Below are positions 23,423 to 34,046 of a stretch of DNA of 64,000 bases, piece by piece. The notes below the pieces were generated by a model. The model was given only the letters and a program-made list of their open reading frames with translations, ran no database searches and had not been told where the DNA came from. The position numbers and the translations under genes are program-made. Origin of the DNA: Amoebophrya sp. A120 (lineage: Eukaryota; Protista; Dinoflagellata); assembly GCA_905178155.1 (NCBI GenBank), contig CAJINV010000013.1:1388392-1452391 (forward strand). Direction: 5' to 3'. Positions within the stretch are counted from its first letter, which is position 1. Every line of letters starts with the position of its first letter.

Positions 23423-24706
23423 ATGATGATGGTTAGAGCGCCCAGACACTTCGTCTTCTTGCACGTTGCTCTGTGCTTCTCTCTCCCTACTGTGCACGCG
23501 GAGCAAGAGCTGCATGCGAAGTGCACGGTGACGAACCAACACGGCCATTTCTGGACCAGCTTCCGGCACGCTCCCCTGATGTCCGCCCTGCCTTCCGCCT
23601 GGGTGCCGATGCCACCGGATATTCCGGAGAAAAACATCCAACCGCCCAACCACGCGCTGCCGGTGGAGCGCGTCCCGGTCGGGTTTTCGGACTCGATTCA
23701 CAGCAACGAAATCGCGGATTTGTATGACGTTCTGTTTGAGTACAACCGCCTGTGGGCGAAGCAGCGGTGGATGGGAACGATCACCATGCAGAACCCCATG
23801 GACGCGTGGGTGATTCAGGAACTCCTTTTCGACTGCAAACCCGATGTGATCATTGAAACCGGGACCATGAACGGCGGCGGGGCATTGTTCTACGCAAGTC
23901 TGATGCGAATGTACAGCACTTTTCAACAACATCTCGTCGAGGATGAAGAATCTGATTTAACGACACCGCAAATGAACACTAGAACGAATAAGAAACCATT
24001 CGTACCGCAAGTCATCACCATCGGCAACCTTCCACTCGACGACCAAAGTTACGGGTGGCACTGGGATACCAGCTACTGCAGCTTGGAAACAAACGCATGC
24101 CGCAACGCGACCAGCAACCCACTGTGGAAACAGCAGGTGACTTTCATTCGAGGTGACGCGGTGTCGGAGGAGGTATTCGAAAAGGTGAAAGACAAACTCT
24201 CAGAAATCGCCTGTATGAAAAAGGCGTCGAGGGTGGAACGAGTTTCTCATGCAGGAAAGGAAGAGGATGAAAGTGAAAGAGAATCGAAAGGCAAAGCTAC
24301 AACTGCTCCCACACCCTCATCGTCAGAGGACTTGAAGATCATGGTCGTTTTGGATTCCACGCACCATTACGCGCACGTAAGGAAAGAACTCGCTTTGTAC
24401 AGTAGGTTTGTCACTCCAGATCAGTACTTATTGGTCCAAGACACACACTTAGATAAACTACGGAACCTCCGCAACCCAGAATCGAACTGGGAGGGCGCGT
24501 TTGCGGCGATTAGGGAATGGTTTGAATACTCTAGTTACGCGAAAGAGGAATTCAAAGTGGACCAGAGAAGGGAATACTTCATCTACACGCAACACAAAAA
24601 TGGGTATTTGAAAAGAATAAGATTGATTGCTGCTGCAGATGAGATGGAAAGAACCCAGTATCTGTACAAATACCCAGCGCTTCTTCGGGTGAGCATGTTC
24701 TACTAG
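23423..24706 (+). CDS. CmcI (cephalosporin hydroxylase / rhamnosyl O-methyltransferase) family protein with signal peptide
   Basis: Family motifs WMG..TMQNPMDAWVIQELLFDCKPDVIIETGTMNGGGALFYA and MVVLDSTHHYAHVRKELALYSRFVTPDQYLLVQDT. Hydrophobic N-terminus. Intronless. Confidence 0.88.
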   Translation: MMMVRAPRHFVFLHVALCFSLPTVHAEQELHAKCTVTNQHGHFWTSFRHAPLMSALPSAWVPMPPDIPEKNIQPPNHALPVERVPVGFSDSIHSNEIADLYDVLFEYNRLWAKQRWMGTITMQNPMDAWVIQELLFDCKPDVIIETGTMNGGGALFYASLMRMYSTFQQHLVEDEESDLTTPQMNTRTNKKPFVPQVITIGNLPLDDQSYGWHWDTSYCSLETNACRNATSNPLWKQQVTFIRGDAVSEEVFEKVKDKLSEIACMKKASRVERVSHAGKEEDESERESKGKATTAPTPSSSEDLKIMVVLDSTHHYAHVRKELALYSRFVTPDQYLLVQDTHLDKLRNLRNPESNWEGAFAAIREWFEYSSYAKEEFKVDQRREYFIYTQHKNGYLKRIRLIAAADEMERTQYLYKYPALLRVSMFY

Positions 24707-25122
24707 AAAAAAAGTACATCGTATGGAGGTAGAGATGAAAGCAATTCAGTTCGTCGCTTCTGCAATCCGTATAGCTATCGTTGTTTTCTTTCACAGAATC
24801 AGAAGATGCGCAGTAAATACTCGTCCTTCGTTTCTTCCAAGATGTCGACTTCGTTTCAATTTCGTCAAGCTGAAGCACTCTACAGATTTCATTAGGCAGA
24901 AAAATTCGGGTCGATTGGGGTCGTGCGCGACGTAGATAGATCCTGCGAAAGAGCGAGGGTGGGATTGTGTTGTCGTATGGTCGTGGCACGAGAATGACCT
25001 CCACTTTGTACTTTTCATTTTTTTTCTGCCACGAAAACAATTTCTCATGGTCTTTTTTCATCTATTTTCCGGTCGTCGTAAAAACAAGTATAGAGAAGTG
25101 CAGATAACTCTTGTTCATCAAA

Positions 25123-25950
25123 ATGGCGGCCCCTTCGTGGCGCCCGTACACGCATTTTACCTCACCCGACACGCCAAAAACGTTCAAGCGTGACTTTGTG
25201 ACGGGCAGCGACTATGTTGGTACTTCCGTCGGTTGCAATGCAATCCAAACTTATGACGGGCAGATCGGACTCCGGAAACCCTACCCCGCGGGAACGTCGG
25301 TATTGTCTTGGAACATTGCGTATTAGCCTAAGCCTTAGTATGCATCAGAGTTTTTTACCTTGATGATGTTCCGGGCTACGCCGCTTGTCTACATGAAATC
25401 TCTTTATGATGATATGCGTCGCTACATCAAAAGCAAAACGCCGCACAATGAAAGAGCCAAAACGAAAACCAGGTTCGCGTCACATCCTTCTATGGCAAGA
25501 CGGGCGTTCGTTCCTTCCGAACAGAGCAGGGGTTCAAGGATTTGATGGGCGTACCCACGTACACGGAAAAACACCCGAGGAAAGAGAGGTCACCGAATCC
25601 AAGGGGAAAAACGCCAAGAATAGTCACACCGGTATTTTCGAGAAGTAGAACAAGAAGATGACGTTGCCGTTACTGATTTGTGAGGAAGGTGCACGAAGAC
25701 AAGAAAAACGCTGCCTAATTTGTTCGATGTAGATCGAGATGTTGAGACTTAGTCAGAAATACATTCATACATTTCACAGACCGCCACGCCAGAACCAGAG
25801 TTGTATCTGCATCCGTTTACGCAGCCAGATTTGAACGACCCGCGATTTGACACCCCAGGCATGTACAAAACAAGTTACAAGCGCGACTATTTGCAACCGG
25901 GTTCGAACGTAGCCAGGCCGGCAGGGAAGAGTTACTTCCGCTTGGGATGA
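25123..25950 (+). CDS. Small 3-exon protein (168 aa), possible microtubule-inner-protein-like
   Basis: Exons 25123-25299, 25473-25631 and 25780-25950 joined by phase-0 GT-AG introns. Contains YKTSYKRDY and PKTFKRDF, which resemble the Mn (TxYxxDY) motif. Confidence 0.6.
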
Positions 25951-27454
25951 AAAAAATCTTACTCACCAGGAATATTTCGATTTTCACAACAACATCTTTT
26001 GATGACACTGTATCCAATGAACACAACGCCAGGTTTTGCTTTTCAACTGTGATGACGTGTATCTGTAGTTCAGCTGCATCAATTTATTTCAACGTGCACC
26101 GACTATCAAGCCAAAGCATTTTAGAAACATTCGCAATTCGCAAGCTTTTCGTGGTTGATTTTCGATCAATATGACACTGTATGGTGCAGCGTCTACTGGT
26201 GTCGCGATAAGATGAGTTACTAGTAAGACTGACAGCAATCTGCTGCAACGAAAAGGATGTAAAATTGTAACAAACTTCGTGCTCTAGCTTTGATTTATGG
26301 TCCTAGCCACTGTACAATTGGAATCGTGCAACCGTCCACGTCGGTGAGTACAGCTGCTTATGTTGTCTTTTAGAAGCCTAGGTTGCTTAGACATTGTTCA
26401 TGAGAGCAGATACTTGCTTTACATCAATAACAATTCCATGTGGAGTGCTTTCGGTCGTGCCTGTCCGCTAGATGCTCTTCTTCTGTACAAAGCCTCGGTC
26501 AGCTGGTGTATGCGGTATTATTTACATGCAAAAAGTAGAGTGTCAACGTGAACACATGATTTCTCTTGAGCAGTGATCGTACATGGTTAGCACCATTCTG
26601 CCACAAAAAAAAAGGTCTCGTGCACCTATCATCTGGTCGTAGTACCACAAAGAAACGAGAACGAAAGTCGTGAGTACAGTTTACTCGTCGGTAAATCGTG
26701 CAACAACCTCCTGTATTTCGTGCACTGGAAAATTCCAGGTGACGCCGTGCAAGAAAAAGTACAATTTGTATGCTACTTTTATTTATCGAAAGTTTCTTGA
26801 ATTAATTCCGCATCTGGATCAAAAACAAAAACAGCCTGCCTGGTAATCGCTGATTCGTGCCGCAAGCACGTGTCGCGATTGCTTTGCATTCAAGCACTTT
26901 ACAATATTTCCCCTTTACTTCTCATTTTCCCTCTTTTTGAAGTAAAATTTTCAACATTCTTTCCCCCACAACCTGTACACTATCTATGTGAAGAATTTAT
27001 CCTCCATGTTGAAAACTACATCAAATTCGATTTTGACTCCATTGTCTTTCGTACAAAAATGCACATGAAAACGCACAACTCGCAAAAACTTAACCACGAC
27101 AATGAATGCGCTGACGAGGCGGTCAGCACAAATTTTGCGGGTATTTTTGGATTGGCCTGGCCATAAACTGCAGCTGCCCTGCGCAAGAACTTCCAGCAGT
27201 GGGTCATTCTAAAAACGGCTTTTCGTCGTCCGAGGATGACTTTGCGAGGAGACACGACATCCCTCGGGGAAAGCACGGCGGGTGGCGTCGGCGAGAGCAC
27301 GAGCATGAAGATGATGGGCTGCGCAAGAAGATGGCAACAAGAGCAGCACGACAGGAACACTAGCAAGCCCCAAAATTGTATTTCCACATCAAGACCCATG
27401 TTTGCGCATTTCGCGACAGGGTCCTTTTCGGCACCGACGAAGACACTTTTCAAC

Positions 27455-30400
27455 ATGTGGAACAAACTGCTACTCCTGCTGTCCCTGCTCTACTTCTTAG
27501 CATCAACCCCGACATCAACCTATGCCGTCACTTCCACGTACCCGGCTAGCTTCTCGGCCCCGGTCGCGAACGCGACCTCGGTGGACCTGATGGCCCGCCT
27601 CGAGCCGAGTTACATTCCCGGGCAGCCGGGACGGGAAAAGGATTTGTACTACTCCATGCGGAACGTGGCCCCGCCAAACTGCCAGGTCCGGTTCCAGATG
27701 AAGCTCTACAAGGTGTCCAACGTGATGACGGAGAACGCGCAGATTGACATCAGCGCGTGGCTGCGGATGTGGTGGAGCGACCCGCGGTTGGCCTGGAACC
27801 CCGCCGACTACGGCGGCACCAACTACATGAACGTGCCCGCCACGGAGCTGCCCCGCGACTACGGTTTGATCTGGACCCCCGAAGTGGAGCTGCAGAACAA
27901 CCTGGAGTCTATCGGCGAGTCCTTCCCGGCCAACAAGGGGGCGGTGATCCAGCCGAGCGGGGAGACGTTTTGGTCGCGGTCCGGGAACCTGCGCGCGCTC
28001 TGCACGTTCGAGGGCATCGAGCTGTTCCCCTTCGACAAGCCCAAGTGCCACCTGATTTTCTCCGCCTGGAGCATGGACGCCGCGCAGATGGACCTGGTCT
28101 TCCACGAGGACGGGGCCCTGGACTGGGACCAGACGGACGACCGGACCAAAATGGCGTACCAGGGCTACCAGGACCTGAGCATCGAGTCCGTCACGTTCCG
28201 CCGGGTGGTCGTCGAGTACACCGCGGCGGGAACTGTACAGCAGTTCCCGGAACTGCACTACTCCCTCACACTGAAACGCGCCTCGCAGTTCTACCTGCTG
28301 CGGTACGTGATGCCGCAGTTCTTCTTCGCGTTCGCCGTCTTTCTGGTGTTTCTGTTCGAGCCCGACTTCAACCGGCTCAACATCTGCATCCTCTTCCTCT
28401 TGGTCCTCATGAGCTTCGACCAGATCACCAGCAACTTCGTGCCGAAATCCGAAGCGCCCATCCTGATCAGTTACCTCACCATGTACACGGTCATGGTCAC
28501 GGTATAAACAGCTACGATGACTTTTTTTTTAAGGAGTAGAAGACGGAGGAGGTCAATCATAAAGCACTGGCTGCAAGAGCAAGGTGACTCGCCACGTATA
28601 TTATCGCCGGCGACGCGTTTTTTCGCTACTTGCACGCAACGATGAAAATGCAGCAAAATTGATTTCCTAAATCCTATAACCCCCTCCCATGAGCAGGATA
28701 GTGATAGCTCCTCCGATGATATTGATACAAAATTTCCAAATACCACCTAACTCCGCAGATCTTCGCTTTTGCGGAATCCGCGGTCGTCCAGTGGCTGTGG
28801 ACGCGGGACTCCTTCGAGGGCTTTATGTCCCTCGAGGCGTTGGTGAACCTCCTCCGCGCGCCGATTGACGAAACACGGGACTTTTTCGCCGGGCGGCGTC
28901 AGCCGACCAGCTACAACGAACTGCGAAACCACGTGCACATCCAGCAGAATCTGGACGTTCTGCCGGAGCAATTGATCGAGAAGCGGGCGTCCGCCATAGC
29001 CAGTTACGCCGCCGCCATGCGGGAAATCGACCCCGAGATGGCGGATCGGATCGTGGAGCAAAAGATAGAAGCCTTGGCCGAACAGGAGGTGAAAAACGCA
29101 CAGGAAGCAGAGGCGGAGAAAGCCGCGGCCGCGGGCAAAACGCTTCTTACAAAAGAAGGCGACGTGGCAAAGGCAAGTGCCCCTCCACCCGCACCGGCAA
29201 ACCCGAATATGTCACTGGAGGCCATGAAGGCGAACCTGTTCGATTCCCTGAAAAACCCGCCACCAGCCGGGGGCAATAAAGAGACGACCACAATAGAGAT
29301 GAACACTGCGGATAGTACAGCTGTACCAGTCGACACAGAAGCTGTCGCGGGCGTCGAGGGTGCTGCAGGCGGAGCAGAAAATACAACAGCAGGAATAGTA
29401 GATCCGGCCGGGTTAATTTTGACGCAAGAGGGCAGTCACAACACCCAGCAGCAGGCTGTCACCCCCTCCACCACCTCCGCCGCCGCGTCGATTTCGGCCG
29501 GGGGGAAGCGGCTCGGCATGAGCATGGGGGGCGACAACGACAACGATATCGGCGGGTCGCCCGGCGCGCTTCGCAAATCCAAGCTGGTCGTTGCCCAGGA
29601 GGGGAGCCACCAAACGGGCTGCAATTTGACCGACGAAGACGAGGAGGCAGCGTCGTCGTATCTCGAAACAGAACCCCTGCCGGCGCTCTACGAGGGGGAA
29701 CACGCCATGAAAACCGCCACGAGTCACAGCGGGACCAGCGGCGGCGCCGGGGGATCCAATCTGGCCATGCTGCAGGCCACGGTGAGCAAGGTGCAGGCAG
29801 AGAACCGGAACCAGGCCCTTTCCGCGAGGCTGAAGCGAACGCTCACCATGGGAGGAGGAAGCAATACTGGGGAGAACAACTTGGCCACTCCGGATTTGGT
29901 CAGCGGCAACTTGAGGCAGGATGAAGACATCGGTCAATACTACAGGAGATGCGCAAGGTATTAGAATCCAACGGATCCTCCTGTGAAGGCCGTCGCCTGA
30001 GGAGATCTCCCGGTCGTAACGTGGGGAGAAGCAGGCCGCATGCTTATCAGGGCAAGCGGTTAGTAGATCTGGTAGGTTGAAAGAGTGGCCCCAGTGAATG
30101 AGGGCCGCCGCCTCTCATGATGTCACCTAGTAGACCATATATACGCGCTGGCCTTGTTGTTCTGCGGAGAGCTAGCAGCAAGCAGCTCCCTGGCCCATGC
30201 GCTTGCGCTGCTGCGCAGGTCCGCAACAAAAAGGCACGCCGCCGCTGTGCTGTTTGTTGCCTGCCGCTCGGGTGCCGCAGCTGCACCTCGCGCGTCCGCG
30301 GGACGCGACCGGGCAGCAAGCCGAGTGGCACCGCCGACGAGCGCAGCTGCGCTACCGTAAGGGGAGCGCAGCCACCCAGATGGCTGGCCACCCCACCCTC

Positions 30401-31694
30401 CCGGATGCCGCCCCTTATCCGAGCTCGGCCAAGCCCATACCGAGAATTATAGCGCCGACCGTTGATAGTGCGCGGCCACCCGGTTGGTCGGTACTATGAT
30501 GAGCGCGCCACGACAGGCGAGCCCTGTGGCACCACTGAAACGGCCACACAGCAACACACTGGCGGCGCACAACCGCCCACGAGTTGAGCGCCCCCAGACA
30601 TGCAAATGCTTGCTGTGGCTACGCAGTGCAATTCCAAATCGGACGAAAATCAACGGCAGTCGTGGGGAGGTGTTGGTGTTCGCGAGGCACTACGTCCGAC
30701 GCGCCTCCGAGCCGTGAGGGCACTCCTAGGGATAGGAGAGAGGGACCGAAAGAGCACCTACTCCGGGTGCGAGAGATCCTGCCGTGACAGATCCTACGAT
30801 GCACTGAGATCCAATGGGCCCCTTGTACGTGCGATGTTTGTGCACAGTGGTCGGCATCACCTGTGGCTTCGATAATAATAATAGAATCCAACGGACTTTC
30901 TTTTTACTCATCTATTTCACCTATGAAGGACATTAATTTATTTGCAAATCAGATCTAAATTTTTTTGGCGGCAAGTCCGCAGTTGAGACGCATTCAGTCG
31001 CTTGCTCAACTTCCATCTTGGCAGCACCAAGAGAAAAGCGATTTTTAGATGTTTTGCGGATCATAGAGGACAGCTGCCACAAATTTGTTTTTCCGCAGAA
31101 CACCGAAGCGGGAAACTGTAGGCGGAGACTTGATGAAGTAAATGGATGACATACAATTTTATTCTTTCACAAACCAGGTATCGCCCCCTGTTTGACGAGT
31201 TGGATCACGATTTGACGGCGTCGCTGGGGAAGTTTGAGGTCGGTATTTTCGCGCACGTGGTGGAGGCGCATTTTCCCCTCTGGACCTCGGAGCAGGTTCT
31301 GGAGCATTTCTACCCGAAAAGGAAAGCTGCGGGTTTGACCAACGTGGTGGCGCACACCGGCACGATGACGAAGCACATCAACCCGCTGAGCGGGCCCCGA
31401 AGAGACCTCTCCATCAGTTTCCACAGTTTCTGCGTCTTCTGCGACCGGAAGCTGGGCATGCGGAATTTGAGTGGGGACAGCGTGCACGGCTACGTGATGG
31501 ACATGGTCCCACAGATCCAGAAGGAGCTGCAGTTCACCCACAAGACGCTGCGCAACGTCGCGAAACGGATCGACAACTTCTGCCTTGTCGTCACGCCGAT
31601 CCTGTACGCGGTGCGGGTCTACCAACTCTTTGAAGAATTCTTCGACCTCTACGGCGAGAAAAATTCCGGGGTCGAAATGCTCAATTCGCGATAA
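27455..31694 (+). CDS. Pentameric Cys-loop ligand-gated ion channel subunit
   Basis: Signal peptide MWNKLLLLLSLLYFL; WLRMWWSDPRLAW; IWTPEVEL; Cys-loop CTFEGIELFPFDKPKC; TM1-3; long M3-M4 loop; TM4 RIDNFCLVVTPILY. Exons 27455-28501, 28759-29957 and 31178-31694 with GT-AG introns in phase. Confidence 0.92.
29976..30881 (+). mobile_element. Non-autonomous SINE-like retroposon, family C copy 1 (inside intron 2 of the channel gene)
   Basis: 14-bp TSD TAGAATCCAACGGA at 29962-29975 and 30882-30895; 3' (TAA)n tail; near-identical to 42412-43319. Confidence 0.9.
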
Positions 31695-34046
31695 AGGCGT
31701 CATGGTGGTGAAGAAAAACGGGTCAGAGCAACAGTCTTTTCTTCTTGTAGAAATTAGAATGCGCGACGATTTGTACGAAATTAAAATTTAGTTTCTTTGC
31801 AGAGGAGTCGTTTTCTTTTTAGCAATTTCACCAACATCTTCAGAAGCACAATGAAAAGCGCTAAGTACCTAGTATTTACTTTGTGGGAGCATGATGTATT
31901 CAGAGAAAAATGCGTTCTCTACATAAATTCACTATACTGCCCTTGCAGTAGCTGTAGTTACGCTTGAACTTTATGCATGCAGTTACATGAGGAGAGGCGG
32001 CCGTAGCAGCATGCTGGTACGACGATTCCAAGTTGTACTCTTAAAGAAATATACTTTAGTCATAAACAGATCATTCTAGTTTTTTTGGCGACGTAGCACT
32101 CTAAAAGTAGGAGCATCAGGAGGCGCATGTCGGTGATACCAGATTTCTTTGCAATAAGGAGGGAGAACAATTTGCACAAGAATCTTGATAGTATGAGTAC
32201 AGTCTAGTTTGAATTGACCTGTCGCATATATGAGTTCAACTTTTCTGTAAGACTCTTTTCGCACAACAGCTTTATTCACAGAAGCGATTCGTCTCTCAGA
32301 AAATAAATATCACGGCAGCTACTACTTTGAATAGTGCATCACACAGGAACAACACACATGCTGCGCAATCACAAATCTGGAATTTTCTGTATCGTTAAGC
32401 GAAAGGCTTTGAATGGAGCAGAGCGAAGGCCTCAAATACAGGCGGGATGTTGTATGACGGTAAAAGTTCCAATAAGCCTCCGCTTTGCTGACTACTAGGA
32501 AAGAGAAAACCACAGGAGAAGTTACGCATTTTTCTGTCCCCATGGGTGAATGTTGTGAGTTGAAAAAGCAAACCAAGTAGTCTTTATCTCCCCTTTTAGC
32601 CCCTTTAGGTATAATCTCTCCCAACTTCCTTTTTTTTCCCCATTTTTTTCTTTGTGAGCTGCATTTTCCCAAAAAGAAAGCGTTGCTGTGCCCCGTGCAC
32701 AGGAACGGTTGTAAATAGCGGCGACAGAAGTCAAGGCATTTGCACCAACATCTCCTCGCCTGAGCGTTTTTCAGAATGAGGAAGAGAAAACATTCAAATT
32801 GAAATTTTTCAAAGCAGTAAAGGATCTTTTCAAACACGTACTCTCATCTCATTGTTGTTGTATTCTTATTGTCGTGTTGCTCAGCGGTGCAGACCTAGCC
32901 TTTACCGACTAGCCGGCAGGCTTTTGAAACAGCGGTGTTCTCTCTTCTGGCTCTTGGCAACAACATGGTGCCGTCGCGATGCTGAGTCAGAAGCTGTTCT
33001 TTTTTTTTCCATCGCTGGACAGACGCAGAAAATGAAGATCCATTCGATTTACTTCTGCCCAACAAGGCGTAAAGAAACATCAGCGGAGGTGGATCCTGGT
33101 CTAGCAGTAAAGCTGCCATCCTGCGCAATCAAGGCATTCATGAAGTAGCTGCGCCCGTCCCCGTTCTTGTGAGTCAGTGTCAGAACCGAACGTCGACGAG
33201 CAGTCCTAGTCTATTTGGGGACTCTCCAGAAGATGTGATGAAAGATGAAGATCATGATCCTATCTGCGGTGCGTTCATAATTTGCGTAGATGGCACAAGC
33301 TAAAGATTTATGTTGTTGCCTTCATCGCGAACAACGAAAGAAGGAGCCTCGGTTTTCTTGGATGCGCCGTTTTTCCTCCACCTGGACGAGTAACGTATTC
33401 GCGCTGTTGATGTAAGTAGCTCAACATTTGCCAGTTTTTCTTTGTTGACCTACAAGTCCAGCAGTCTATACCTTTCGTTCTCATCGTTGTAAGGAGCATG
33501 GCATACTACAGAATATTTATTTTGATTCTCTTAGGCTGCCCGTGGAAGAAAGAATAGTGGACTTGTAGAGCTAAAGGTACAACTCTTTGACGAGCGACAA
33601 GAATAAGAGGCGCTCCTGCAGTTACTGCAGTGCTTATCCGTCCTAGTATATGGTCCGAAAAAATTACGGCGAGATATTATTGTTCCAATTTTGTCTAATC
33701 AACTTTTCCTTCACGGCCACCCAAAAATATCTGAGAAAATCATGACTACCGCATCGTGATTATTTTTGTGTATCTTTTCTCGTCGACAACGACACGACTG
33801 CACCACGTACTTCCTGTTTGGTACGTTCGAACGTGTCAACAGTTTTACCCCAGGAGCGTCAAACTGGGATGGACAAAATTTTATTTGGAAGAAAAAACGT
33901 ATTCACGGCATTTGTGTAGTAAACAAAGGCGAACCGCATTCATCTTCACCGGACGACAAGAAAACCGTTTCAACAGTTGCGACCCCGGCTTCACAGACGA
34001 GAACCGCCCACGACGACGACAACGACGAGCGACGATAGGCAGAACC

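Noticed and set aside
30045-30090. tRNA-like A/B boxes (GGCAAGCGGTTAG, GGTTGAAA) in the SINE head
   Set aside because: The match is poor, the spacing is too short and no cloverleaf forms; not supportable without a covariance search.
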